A stretch of 64,000 bases of DNA from Steroidobacteraceae bacterium (lineage in GTDB: Bacteria > Pseudomonadota > Gammaproteobacteria > Steroidobacterales > Steroidobacteraceae). The first letter of the stretch is position 1, and the number at the start of each line of letters is the position of its first letter. Of this stretch, positions 19,200 through 28,516 are shown piece by piece. The stretch is from the NCBI GenBank assembly GCA_050249415.1, contig JBFWQO010000003.1:22814-86813 (forward strand). The letters are read 5' to 3'. The notes below the pieces were generated by a model. That model was not told the DNA's origin, made no database searches, and saw only the letters and a list, made by a program, of their open reading frames with translations. The translations under genes were made by a program, and so were the position numbers.

Positions 19200-21236
19200 T
19201 CACGGCGCTGCGATGCGCGACCAGCCCGCGTCGGGCGAAAAACGTGAACCGTGACGTATCGCGAGATCCTCGAGTCGCTTGACCACCTCGCGCGGACCGC
19301 GCTGCCGGGCGTAGGCGATCGGGCCACCGCGAAAGGGCGCAAAGCCGGTGCCGAACATCACGCCGGCATCCAGCAGGTCTTCGTCCTCGACCGTGCCCTC
19401 GCGCAGCACGGCCGCGCATTCGTTGACGAGTGCGAGGATCAGGCGGTCGGCGAGATCCTCCGGCGCGCGCGCACCTCCCGGATCCGGCTTCACGGCTTTG
19501 CCGTCGCGCCACTCGTAATAGCCGCGGCCGCTCTTGCGCCCGAGTTCCTTCGCGGCGAGATGCCGTTCGAGTGCCGGCAGCTTTGGTGCGGCGCGGCCGA
19601 GTTCCTGCGCGATGATCACGCCGACGTGCTCGCCCACGTCGAGCCCGACCACGTCCACGAGTTCGAGCGGGCCCATCGGCATGCCGAAGTCGACGGCCAC
19701 TCGGTCGATCACGGCCGGCGCCACCCCTTCCTCGAACGCGAGCATCGCTTCCTGCAGATAGGGCATCAGCACGCGATTGACGACGAAGCCCGGCGCGCTG
19801 AGGCAGGGCAGTGGCAGCTTGTCGATGCGGCGCGTGAAGGCGAGCGCGGTCGCGGCGACCTCCGGGCGCGTCGCCGCGCTGCGCACGATCTCGACGAGCG
19901 GCATCTGCGCGACGGGATTGAAGAAGTGCAGGCCCACGAGCCGCGAGGGGTCCGCGAGTTTCTCCGCGAGCACCTCGAGCCGGATGCTCGACGTGTTGGT
20001 CGCGAGCAGCGCGCCGGGCGCGAGCCGCGGCTCGAGCCGGGCGTAGAGAGCGCGCTTGGCCTCCACATTCTCGTAAATGGCCTCGATCACGACGTCGGCC
20101 TTCGCGACACCGTCGCCCGCGACATCCGCGACGAGACGCGCCGCGGTGGCGGCGGCTTCGGCCGGATCCTTGATGCGCTTGCCGAAATACGCGCGTGCGC
20201 GCGCGAGCGCCGGCTCGATGTATTGCAGCTCGCGGTCCTGCAGCGTGACGTCAAGGCCGCGCAGTGCGCACCAGGCGGCGATGTCGCCACCCATGACGCC
20301 CGCGCCGATGACATGGACGCGCTGCAGGCTCGCGGGCGATCGGCCGCCCAGCGCCTTCAGGCGGTTCTGCAGGAAGAAAGCGCGCACGAGGTTGCGCGAC
20401 GTGTCGGTGAGAAAGAGCCGCGCGATCGAGCGCGCTTCGGCCTCGAAGGCCCTCGGCCCGCGTGCGCCATGCCGGACCCACAGGTCGATGATGGCGTAGG
20501 GCGCCGGATAGTGTTCGCGTCGGACACGCGCGGCGACCTGCTTCTCCAGCGCCGGCTTCACGAACAGCCGCACCAGGGGCCAGGACAGCGCGCGCGCGGC
20601 CCATGACGGCCGGTGCATCGCGGGCGGATGCAGCGCGAGTGCGCGCGCCGCCGCGTCGAGTTCGGCGCGCGGCACCACCCGATCGACGAGCCCGAGCGCG
20701 AGCGCCTTGCCGGCCCGCACGGGCTTGCCGGTCAGCATCAGGTCGAGGGCCGCCCTGGCGCCGATCAGGCGCACGGTGCGCACCGTACCCCCGAAGCCCG
20801 GATGGATGCCGAGCTGCACTTCAGGCAGGCCGAGCGACACCTTGTCGTCGTCCGCGGCGACGCGATAGCGGCACGCGAGCGCGAGCTCGAGGCCGCCGCC
20901 CAATGCAAAACCGTTGATCGCGGCGACGGTGGGGCAGGGCAGTGCCGCGAGCCGGTCGAGCACCTGCTCGCCGGAGCGGATCAGCTCGAACGCCTCATCC
21001 ACGTTGGTCAGCGTGGTGAACTCGTTGATATCGGCGCCGGCGATGAAGCCGCTCGCCTTGCCGGAGCGCACGACCAGCGCCTTCGGCGGATCGGCTTCGA
21101 GCTTCGCGAGGTGTTCGCTCAGCTCGAGCAGCACCGCCTTCGACAGCACATTGGTCGAGGCGCCCGGCTTGTCGAGCGTCAGGGTCGCGAGCCGTTCGGC
21201 GTCACGCTGCAGGTTCCAGGACGGGACGACGGGCAT
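19200..21236 (-). CDS. Bifunctional enoyl-CoA hydratase / 3-hydroxyacyl-CoA dehydrogenase (FadB/FadJ-like)
   Basis: N-terminal crotonase fold (GFIAGADINEF, GGGLELALAC). Central Rossmann motif VHVIGAGVMGGDIA. 3HCDH C-terminal domains. Confidence 0.85.
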   Translation of the reverse strand: MPVVPSWNLQRDAERLATLTLDKPGASTNVLSKAVLLELSEHLAKLEADPPKALVVRSGKASGFIAGADINEFTTLTNVDEAFELIRSGEQVLDRLAALPCPTVAAINGFALGGGLELALACRYRVAADDDKVSLGLPEVQLGIHPGFGGTVRTVRLIGARAALDLMLTGKPVRAGKALALGLVDRVVPRAELDAAARALALHPPAMHRPSWAARALSWPLVRLFVKPALEKQVAARVRREHYPAPYAIIDLWVRHGARGPRAFEAEARSIARLFLTDTSRNLVRAFFLQNRLKALGGRSPASLQRVHVIGAGVMGGDIAAWCALRGLDVTLQDRELQYIEPALARARAYFGKRIKDPAEAAATAARLVADVAGDGVAKADVVIEAIYENVEAKRALYARLEPRLAPGALLATNTSSIRLEVLAEKLADPSRLVGLHFFNPVAQMPLVEIVRSAATRPEVAATALAFTRRIDKLPLPCLSAPGFVVNRVLMPYLQEAMLAFEEGVAPAVIDRVAVDFGMPMGPLELVDVVGLDVGEHVGVIIAQELGRAAPKLPALERHLAAKELGRKSGRGYYEWRDGKAVKPDPGGARAPEDLADRLILALVNECAAVLREGTVEDEDLLDAGVMFGTGFAPFRGGPIAYARQRGPREVVKRLEDLAIRHGSRFSPDAGWSRIAAP

Positions 21237-22029
21237 CGCTTCGGCTCCTTACGGTGAAATCACAGACGATCGGCCGGTGGTCCGAGAAACGGACATCCGG
21301 CACGCGGAAATCGGTCACCTCGATATCCCGGGTCGCGAGGATGAAATCGAGTTCCACACGCGGATTGCGCGCCGGGAACGACGGCAGTCCCTGCCGGTTC
21401 GCGCTGACGAGCCCGGCCGCGCGCATGAACAGGTAAATCTCGTGGTTGCCCCAGAACGTATTGAAGTCGCCGGCCACGATCACCGGCTTGTGCGAGCGGA
21501 TGATCAGGTCGTGCAGCGAGCGCAGCTGGTACTGTCGATGGCGGAACTTGAGCGACAGGTGCACGAGGAACACGCACACCTCGTCGAGCTCGAGTTCGAT
21601 GATCAGCCGCTTGATGCCGGTGTCGAAGTAGTGGAAGCGCTCGCCCGTGACGCGCGGCGCGGCGAGGAACGCGTTCGCCTGCTTGCGCACGACCGGGACC
21701 AGCTGGTTCAGCGAGTTCACGCTGTACTTGCTCTGGTAGGTCGTGTAGTGGCCGAGTTCACCGGCGATGTACGCCGCCTGGTTCACCATGCCCGAGCGGA
21801 TCGACCCGGTGTCCACCTCGATCAGGCCGACGACGTCGGCATTCTCCGAGCGCACGAACTGCGTGATGCCGCGCAGCACCCGCCGGCTGCTGCGCAGGTA
21901 CCCCGCGCCGGGGAGCGGCAGGTGAAACGTGGGGCCGGTGCCGGTGGCGTAACGGATGTTGTAGACGAGCAGCCTCAAGACCGGGTCCGAAAGGGGGGCT
22001 GCGCACAGTGTATCGGTGCGGCGCGGCAT
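21202..22029 (-). CDS. Endonuclease/exonuclease/phosphatase (EEP) family protein
   Basis: LRLLVYNIRY..., ADVVGLIEVD, VIVAGDFN, and a C-terminal SDHRPIVCDF motif. Start trimmed to MPRRTDTL. Confidence 0.7.
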   Translation of the reverse strand: MPRRTDTLCAAPLSDPVLRLLVYNIRYATGTGPTFHLPLPGAGYLRSSRRVLRGITQFVRSENADVVGLIEVDTGSIRSGMVNQAAYIAGELGHYTTYQSKYSVNSLNQLVPVVRKQANAFLAAPRVTGERFHYFDTGIKRLIIELELDEVCVFLVHLSLKFRHRQYQLRSLHDLIIRSHKPVIVAGDFNTFWGNHEIYLFMRAAGLVSANRQGLPSFPARNPRVELDFILATRDIEVTDFRVPDVRFSDHRPIVCDFTVRSRSDARRPVLEPAA

Positions 22030-22070
22030 CGGCGAGCATCCGGCGCGGCGGCTCCTGTACACTCGCAGGC

Positions 22071-22523
22071 ATGTCGCAGGCCGACCCGATCCGCGTGTTC
22101 GTCTCCCACGTATGGCAGACCGACGACGATTACCTCCGCGTATTCGAGTACCTCGAGAGCGCGCGCAATTTCTTCTATCGGAACACGAGCACACCGGACA
22201 ATGTGCCGGCCGGCGACAAGGAGGCGCTGCGCGAAGACCTGCGCCGGCAGATCAAGGCCGCGGAGGTCGTGATCCTGCTGCCCACGCTCTACGCGAGGCA
22301 CCAGGATCTCGTGACGTTCCAGGCGCTCTATGCGCGCGCGAGCGACAAGCCGGTGGTGCTGCTCGAGTACTTCGGCAAAGACGGGAAATTGCCGAAGGAA
22401 CTCACCGATCTCGCGACCGTCGTGATCGGCTGGGACGAACGCGGGCTCGTCGATGCGATACGCAAGGAAGCGCGCCACGAGAACACGGCGCGCTGGGACG
22501 TGATCGAATTCAAGCCCGATTGA
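22071..22523 (+). CDS. Small stand-alone TIR-like (DUF1863/ThsB-like pattern) protein; function unknown
   Basis: 150 aa. IRVFVSHVWQTDDDY (beta-A-like), ...IKAAEVVILLPTLYARHQDLVTFQALYARASDKPVVLL. Pattern recognition only, no profile search done. Confidence 0.5.
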   Translation: MSQADPIRVFVSHVWQTDDDYLRVFEYLESARNFFYRNTSTPDNVPAGDKEALREDLRRQIKAAEVVILLPTLYARHQDLVTFQALYARASDKPVVLLEYFGKDGKLPKELTDLATVVIGWDERGLVDAIRKEARHENTARWDVIEFKPD

Positions 22524-22890
22524 TGTGCAGCACCGCCGCACCGGGCAGCGCCGCGTGCTTGTGATTCTGCTGCGCCTGACCGCACAAGGCCCCGAACAAC
22601 ATCACGACGCGGCTCGCGAGTTCCACGGCTTCATCGTTCGACATCTTGCGCACCGTCGCCTGCACCGCATCCTCCGCACGGCACAGCGGTCGTTCACGCA
22701 CCATCGCCCGGCGGACCGCGATCAGGTCGTCCGCCAGGTCGCGCGGCAGGTCGGCGCTCTCGATTGCAGCCAGATGATCGCGATAAGCACACGCGAGGCG
22801 GTCCTTGATCGAACCCGTACGTGCGAGGGTCAAAGCCGCACGCTGCATCTGCTCCATCACGCTTTCCATCGGGCCCCCGGTGCGTTGCAT
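22510..22890 (-). CDS. Hypothetical, predicted all-helical protein
   Basis: 126-aa ORF convergent with the TIR-like ORF and overlapping it by 14 nt. Preceded by an unusually AT-rich 160-bp region. No recognisable motif. Confidence 0.4.
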   Translation of the reverse strand: MQRTGGPMESVMEQMQRAALTLARTGSIKDRLACAYRDHLAAIESADLPRDLADDLIAVRRAMVRERPLCRAEDAVQATVRKMSNDEAVELASRVVMLFGALCGQAQQNHKHAALPGAAVLHINRA

Positions 22891-23050
22891 TAGATATCAA
22901 CGAGGTAGAGGGGAAATATAGCGCGCTGGATTTGAAAGGCAACGTAATCCGGGCGCCAATTTGCGGGCATGCGAGCAAAAGGCGGCGCGAATGCTCGATA
23001 ATTCACTCTAAATAATTGCTATAAGTAATTTAATTATCAGGGATGTTTAC

Positions 23051-23854
23051 TCAGAATCTCCACTGTACCATCAGGATCGCACCGCCCCTTTGCAATTGCA
23101 GGCCGGCAGTCGGCGTGAGGGTCTCACCGGCGCGCAAGAATGCATCGTCATAGAACTGCGCGAAAAAGGCGCCGAGGGAGGCGCTGACCAGCGTGTCGGA
23201 AGGGAAGTGCCACCCCGCCTCGATACGCGCCCAGGACGTGCCGACGGTGAGGGCATCGAGGCCGACACCGAGGGCACGCCGTGCAGGCGGCGGGATATCG
23301 ACCGACCGCAGGTTCAGTTGTGCGAGGCGACCGTGGACCGCCGCCACCGCCGTGTGCCCGGATGGAAAGCTCTCGTCGTCGGCGCCATTGGGTCGCACAC
23401 GGCCGGCTGCGCTCTTCAATCCCTGTGTGAGCGCGGTCGTCGTGCCGATCGCCGCGGCGTCGACCGCATAGCCGCGCAGCTTGTTCCCGAACCAGTCGCG
23501 GGCCGTATCGCCACCCGGGGTCGCGAGGGCCGTCACGTGAAAGGCGACGACCGACGCCGTGCGCAGATCGTCGCTCCATTCGCCGGCTCGCTCATTGCTG
23601 CCGAAAAGCGGCGTTTCCCGACGAGCCCAATCGGCGATATCGCGGTCCCAGTCGCTCACCTGCAGCAGCGCGGCACCCGCGAGCGGCACCCACACGCGCG
23701 GATTGCGCGCGGCCGACCAGGCGGCCTCCCGCACGCGTTGCCAACCGGGAGCGAGCGTCGCGTCTTCACCCCAGGCCCGTCCGCCCGGCAACGTGCCGCA
23801 TCCGGCCAGGAGTGCGGCCGTGACGAGTGGCACCAGGCACCGTGCGATTCCCAT
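23051..23854 (-). CDS. PAP2-family phosphatase, predicted lipoprotein
   Basis: Lipobox LLAGC. PAP2 motifs KSAAGRVRP, PSGHT, SWARIEAGWHFPSD. Only the last 267 codons of ORF 23051..25366 are supported. Confidence 0.8.
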   Translation of the reverse strand: MGIARCLVPLVTAALLAGCGTLPGGRAWGEDATLAPGWQRVREAAWSAARNPRVWVPLAGAALLQVSDWDRDIADWARRETPLFGSNERAGEWSDDLRTASVVAFHVTALATPGGDTARDWFGNKLRGYAVDAAAIGTTTALTQGLKSAAGRVRPNGADDESFPSGHTAVAAVHGRLAQLNLRSVDIPPPARRALGVGLDALTVGTSWARIEAGWHFPSDTLVSASLGAFFAQFYDDAFLRAGETLTPTAGLQLQRGGAILMVQWRF

Positions 23855-23880
23855 GGGATCACACGATACGCCGGCCCGGA

Positions 23881-25392
23881 TCAGTGGGCGACCGGGGCGA
23901 GGCGCACGGCGTTGCCGCCGGCCGCGCGCCCCGAAATCATCGCCTCGGTGAGATACGAACCGTTCTGGTACAGGTTCGAGAACATCGAGCCGAGCTCGCC
24001 GGCCTCGTAGAGCCGGGGAATCGCCTTGCCGTCGTGATCGAGCACTTCCGATTCGATGTTGCGCCGGGCACCACCGCCCGTGCACACGATCGCCGGCACT
24101 ACCTCGATCGCGTAGTAGGGCGGGGCGGCGAGGGGCTGCAGCGTGACGGGCCGGCGACCGAACTCCCCGTCGTGTCCCTGGGCGCAGGCGTCGTTGTAAC
24201 GGCGCACGGTGGCCTCGACGACCGCCGGATCTCGACCGATGGCCCGGGCGAGCTCGCCGATCGAGTCGGCCTTCACGATCCAGCCCTTGTCGATCTCCGC
24301 GCTGTTGTCCTCGCTCCAGTCGTAGTTGTGCACGACCGCGTTCCAGGTCATCACGTTCGTGATCAGCTTGTTGTAGCGGCGCGTGTTCTCGTCGAACAGC
24401 ATGTGCATGCGGCCGACGCGCTGGTGTGGCAGGTCGATCCATTCGCCCTGCACCTTCTGCTTGTAGTGCGTCAGCTGCCACTCGCCGGTCTCGTCGCAGA
24501 AGCGCTCGCCGGTGCCTCCGATATCGATCCAGCTGAAGGACTGGAAGAAGAACTGGCGCATGAAGGCGGTCGGATGGCCCGGGAAGGCGAAGCCGGGCCA
24601 CACGCCCCCCGACTGTCCGGCGTTGCGCAGGTGCCAGAGATCGGCACCGGCCTTCTGCAGGATCCTGATGCCGTCGCCGGTATTGCCCGGCGTACCGAAG
24701 GGATGGGCGCTCGCGAAGCCGTAGTAGTTGCGCTGCATGTCGAGGTTGTTCTCGAAGCCGCCCGTGGCCATGATGACCGCGCGACGCGCGCGGATCGCGA
24801 CCCGCCGGCCGCCACGGTCGGCGATCACGCCGAAGACCTCGAGCGTATCGGGATCCTGCACGAGATCGACGATCGGCGACTCGAAGACGCGGCGGATGCG
24901 CTTGCGCTGCTCCACGCAGGCCTTGAACGTGAGCCACACACCGCTCGGGACCGGCAGGATCGTCGCGGTGTGCGCGACGGCCTCGCGCGCACCGAGTTCG
25001 GGAAACTCGAGGATCGCCGCGCGCTCGCTCCAGCCCGCGCCGTGGATGTACTGCGCCCCGGCCTCCCGCGCGCGTTCCTGGATATAGGGTTCGAGTGCGC
25101 ACATGCGCTCGGCCCACGCGGCCAGCATGTCCTCCGGGACCGGATTCGGCTCGCTCATGCGCCGCTGGTAGTCCTTGAGCGCCTCGACGTCTTTCGAGAT
25201 CAGCAGCGACTGGCCCGAGGCGCGGCTGTTGCCGCCCTGCAGGGGCCCGGGCATTTTCTCGAGCACGAGGATGTCGGCCTGCGGATCGGCGTCGTGGGCC
25301 TCGATGGCCGCGGCGGCGCCGGCAATGCCGTACCCGGCAATCACGATATCCGCTTCGTCGTCCCAACCGGTTACGCTAGCGAGGCTTGCCAT
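23881..25392 (-). CDS. FAD-dependent oxidoreductase (fumarate reductase/succinate dehydrogenase flavoprotein-like, KstD-like)
   Basis: DIVIAGYGIAGAAAAIEA dinucleotide fold. VIMATGGFENN. C-terminal LYEAGELG. Start trimmed to MASLASV. Confidence 0.75.
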   Translation of the reverse strand: MASLASVTGWDDEADIVIAGYGIAGAAAAIEAHDADPQADILVLEKMPGPLQGGNSRASGQSLLISKDVEALKDYQRRMSEPNPVPEDMLAAWAERMCALEPYIQERAREAGAQYIHGAGWSERAAILEFPELGAREAVAHTATILPVPSGVWLTFKACVEQRKRIRRVFESPIVDLVQDPDTLEVFGVIADRGGRRVAIRARRAVIMATGGFENNLDMQRNYYGFASAHPFGTPGNTGDGIRILQKAGADLWHLRNAGQSGGVWPGFAFPGHPTAFMRQFFFQSFSWIDIGGTGERFCDETGEWQLTHYKQKVQGEWIDLPHQRVGRMHMLFDENTRRYNKLITNVMTWNAVVHNYDWSEDNSAEIDKGWIVKADSIGELARAIGRDPAVVEATVRRYNDACAQGHDGEFGRRPVTLQPLAAPPYYAIEVVPAIVCTGGGARRNIESEVLDHDGKAIPRLYEAGELGSMFSNLYQNGSYLTEAMISGRAAGGNAVRLAPVAH

Positions 25393-25493
25393 GTCCGTCT
25401 GCTCTCTGCTCGAACTGGGGGCACGAGCATGCACGCGCGGTCGCGGCGAGGCCAACAACCGCGCCGCGCACGGTACAACTGCGGGATGTAGGG

Positions 25494-26414
25494 ATGGAAC
25501 TGCGGCAACTTCGTCATTTTCTCGCCGTCGTCGAAGCGGGCAGCTTCTCGCGCGCCGCACAGACGCTCGGCCGGTCCCAGCAGGCATTGTCGAAGAGCCT
25601 GCAGGCACTCGAGGAATCTCTCGGCGTGCGCCTGCTCGACCGCAATCCGCGTGTCGCGACCCTGACGCCGTTCGGGGAGCTGCTGCTGCCATTCGCCCGC
25701 AACATCGAGCTCGAGGCGAGCGGCTTTCGCGAGCAGCTCGATGCGATGCGCCGATCGGAACGTGGCCGTGTACGACTCGGTGCGAGCCCGGCTTCCGCGA
25801 CGCAGCTCGTCACCGAGGCGGTCGTGCGCCTCACCGCCGAGCGCCCGGAACTGCAGATCGCGGTGCTGTCCGGCATCCGCCAGGGCATGTTGCGCGAGCT
25901 GCAAGCCGGCACCCTCGACCTGTTCGTGTGTGTCGACAATGACGAGGGCGTCGAGGACGGCCTCAGCCGCGAGGTGTTGCTGCACGACGAGTACCGGGTC
26001 GTCTGCGCGGTCACGCATCCGCTCGCGCGGGCGAAAGGCGTGACGGCCGCTCAACTCGCAAAGTGCGACTGGATCCTCGGTCGCAATCTCGGCGAGATCG
26101 AGATCGCCTGGCGGCGTGCATTCGAACAGGCGGACGTGCCGGCGCCCGAGCCGTCGATCGAGACCACCTCGGTCGAGTTCGGCCGGCACGCGCTACAGGC
26201 CGGCGCATTCCTGAGCGTACTGCCCTCGCAGCTGATCGCGACCGAACTCGATCAGGAAATCCTCTGTTTCGTGGATGCGCCGGAATTCTGCTGGCAGCGG
26301 CCGATCACGCTGCACTACCGTCGAGGCGGTACGCTGTCGACCGGTGTGCTCGCCGTGATCGACGCGCTGCACCGCTCAGCGGGCCGGTATCGCCGTTTCA
26401 GCGCCCGAGGCTGA
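25494..26414 (+). CDS. LysR-family transcriptional regulator
   Basis: [43 protein letters not shown]. Divergent from the flavoprotein gene. Confidence 0.85.
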   Translation: MELRQLRHFLAVVEAGSFSRAAQTLGRSQQALSKSLQALEESLGVRLLDRNPRVATLTPFGELLLPFARNIELEASGFREQLDAMRRSERGRVRLGASPASATQLVTEAVVRLTAERPELQIAVLSGIRQGMLRELQAGTLDLFVCVDNDEGVEDGLSREVLLHDEYRVVCAVTHPLARAKGVTAAQLAKCDWILGRNLGEIEIAWRRAFEQADVPAPEPSIETTSVEFGRHALQAGAFLSVLPSQLIATELDQEILCFVDAPEFCWQRPITLHYRRGGTLSTGVLAVIDALHRSAGRYRRFSARG

Positions 26415-26661
26415 TCGCCGGATCGAGCAGCGACAGCGCCTGGGCGAGGTCGCGGCCCCCGGTTCGGTCGATCTCGCCGCCGCTGTAGGCGCGGCCCGCG
26501 ACGGGGAGGCACTCCGCATCATCACGACGGATGTGCGAGCCGGTCGCCACGATGCAGGACCGATCCAGGGCTGCCAGGTCATTCCCGTGGAGCGTCGTGG
26601 GCGCGCCCGCGCAGCCGACGAGCCCGGCCGCCCCGAGAGTTGCGAGCAGGAATGTCTTCAT
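26398..26661 (-). CDS. Small putative lipoprotein
   Basis: MKTFLLATLGAAGLVGC lipobox. 87 aa. No known domain recognised. Confidence 0.4.
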   Translation of the reverse strand: MKTFLLATLGAAGLVGCAGAPTTLHGNDLAALDRSCIVATGSHIRRDDAECLPVAGRAYSGGEIDRTGGRDLAQALSLLDPAISLGR

Positions 26662-26700
26662 CGCCCGATCGTGCGCGCGTTGCAGTGCGCTGTGCAAGGG

Positions 26701-27684
26701 CTACCTGGGTTGCGACGACCAGTGGATGTGCACGATCCGCCAGGCCCCTGCGCGCTTCGCGAGGGTCATCGTCTCGCTGCTCGCGAGCGTGACCGGCTTC
26801 GCGCCATGCGCGTGGATGGTGCTCTCCGTCGCAACCCACGCCAGATCGCCGCTCGCGCGGGCCGTGCGGCGCGTACGCGTCACGTGGGCGCCTTTAAGGA
26901 AGGCGGCATCCGCGCCGGCGTGGTGGTCCATGTACTCGTCGCGGCTGCGCTCGGCGCCCCCACCCTCGAGCACGACCACGCCGGGATCGAGCAGTTCCTT
27001 CACTTTGGCGAGATCGCCCGCAACCAGCGCGGCGCCGAAGGCATCGACGACCGCAATGGCCGGCACGGCGCGGGCATCGACCGGCGAGCCGGCCTCGGCG
27101 GGTGCGACCGCATCGCCCGCGCCTTCGCCGTGGTCGTGGTCGTCGCCGCCGTCGTCGTGTGAATGTCCGCCGCTCTGCGCGACGAGCGCGCGATACTGCT
27201 CCGCATCGAGACCGGGCAGGACGCCGAGGAACGCGACCATGTTCCAGAGGTACTCGTCGCCCATGCTCCGGCCCCATGCCGGCATGCCGGACGCCTTGAT
27301 GCCGTGCTTCGCCACCCAGAAGGCCGCAGCCGGATCGACCTTGACCCGCGCCAGGGGCGGCGGGGCAGGGTACAAGCCGCGGCTCAACTCGCTCGACCCG
27401 ACACCGGGTGACAGATGGCAGGCCGCGCACATCGCGTCGTAATTGCCCGCACCCTGGCGGATGCGCGCCTCGCTCGACAGGTCCGGCGGCACCTCGACGC
27501 CCGCAGCACGCGCGCCCACCGCACGATCGCGGACGGTCGCCACGAGGGCCGACACGGGCCTGGTGTGCGGATCGTCCGCACCGATTCCATAGGCGCCCGA
27601 CCATGCATACAGGCAGGCGCCAGCGAGGGCGACCACGATCGTCGCAGCGAGGGTCAGGAGTGCGGTCTTGATGGTCGCGGTCAT
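26701..27684 (-). CDS. Membrane-anchored c-type cytochrome fused to a His/Asp-rich linker and an NTF2/SnoaL-like (DUF4440-like) domain
   Basis: N-terminal TM. CAACH haem motif. SGGHSHDDGGDDHDHGEG metal-binding-like stretch. The C-terminal domain ends ...WRIVHIHWSSQPR. Directly downstream of copB. Confidence 0.65.
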   Translation of the reverse strand: MTATIKTALLTLAATIVVALAGACLYAWSGAYGIGADDPHTRPVSALVATVRDRAVGARAAGVEVPPDLSSEARIRQGAGNYDAMCAACHLSPGVGSSELSRGLYPAPPPLARVKVDPAAAFWVAKHGIKASGMPAWGRSMGDEYLWNMVAFLGVLPGLDAEQYRALVAQSGGHSHDDGGDDHDHGEGAGDAVAPAEAGSPVDARAVPAIAVVDAFGAALVAGDLAKVKELLDPGVVVLEGGGAERSRDEYMDHHAGADAAFLKGAHVTRTRRTARASGDLAWVATESTIHAHGAKPVTLASSETMTLAKRAGAWRIVHIHWSSQPR

Positions 27685-27694
27685 GGCTCCTCCG

Positions 27695-28516
27695 TCAAAA
27701 CCAGGTTCGCAGCCCGACGACGGCGTTCACGTCGTCGTCATTGCCTGCAAAAGCGCGCTCATAGCTGACACCGAGGTACGGCGCGAAGCGACGGCGGATT
27801 TCGTAACGCAATCGCATGCCGGCCTCCGCGGTGGACACGCCCGATTCGACGCCGCGCGCGGCATCATCCTTGCCGTAGAGCGTGACCTCGACGAGCGGTT
27901 GCAGGATCAGCCGATTCGTCAACAGCAGTTCGTACTCGATCCCGAGTCGCGCGGCCGTGCGACCCGACTCGCCGACATAGGCGGTGGCCTGCACCTCGAA
28001 CTTGTACGGCGCGAGTCCCTGCAGGCCCACCGCCACCCACGTCTGCGCGTCGCCCGGTGCAAAATCGTGCCGCACACCCGCCACGACATCCCACCACGGC
28101 GCGATGCTGCGCCCGTACAGCAGCTCGGCGTCGGCCGCCTCGGTGTGCCCGTCGCGACGCTCGCCCTCCGTACGCAGCCACAATCGATCGAGATCCGACC
28201 CGAACCAGCCGCCGGCCTCCCACGCGAGCGCCGTGCCGGGGCCGGCGTCGAAGGCTTCGAGCCGGTCGACCAGGAAGTAGCTGTTGATCCCCGACGCGTG
28301 CTCCATCGGGTGTGTCAGCGCCGGAAACGCAGCTGCACGATCGGCGTCCGTCAGCGGCGGAATGGGTGTGCGCAGTTCACCGTGCCGCGGCGCGGGCGCC
28401 TCGTGATCCATCTGGCTGTGGTCCATCTGGCTGTGGTCGTGCTGCGCGGCGTGCGCGACACCTGTCAGCGCGAACACAAGGGCGAGAGCGCCGATGGGCC
28501 GCTGCCGCGCACTCAT
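27695..28516 (-). CDS. copB: Copper resistance protein B (outer membrane)
   Basis: Signal peptide, HDHSQMDHSQMDH repeats, C-terminal beta-barrel ending ...GLRTWF. Its ATG overlaps the copA stop. Confidence 0.85.
   Translation of the reverse strand: MSARQRPIGALALVFALTGVAHAAQHDHSQMDHSQMDHEAPAPRHGELRTPIPPLTDADRAAAFPALTHPMEHASGINSYFLVDRLEAFDAGPGTALAWEAGGWFGSDLDRLWLRTEGERRDGHTEAADAELLYGRSIAPWWDVVAGVRHDFAPGDAQTWVAVGLQGLAPYKFEVQATAYVGESGRTAARLGIEYELLLTNRLILQPLVEVTLYGKDDAARGVESGVSTAEAGMRLRYEIRRRFAPYLGVSYERAFAGNDDDVNAVVGLRTWF

Noticed and set aside
22071-22523. Calling the TIR-like ORF a Thoeris system.
   Set aside because: No ThsA-type (SIR2 or TM plus SLOG) partner lies nearby, and the TIR assignment itself is only pattern-level. 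It is reported as an orphan TIR-like ORF instead.
23051-25366. Track ORFs that extend far upstream into the neighbouring gene: 23051..25366, 27695..29554, 35853..37679, 49443..51686, 50774..52669, 16381..17643.
   Set aside because: The N-terminal portions are wrong-frame readthrough of the upstream gene. Each was trimmed to an internal Met or GTG that gives a canonical N-terminus (lipobox, signal peptide, family-typical start) and a sensible operon junction.
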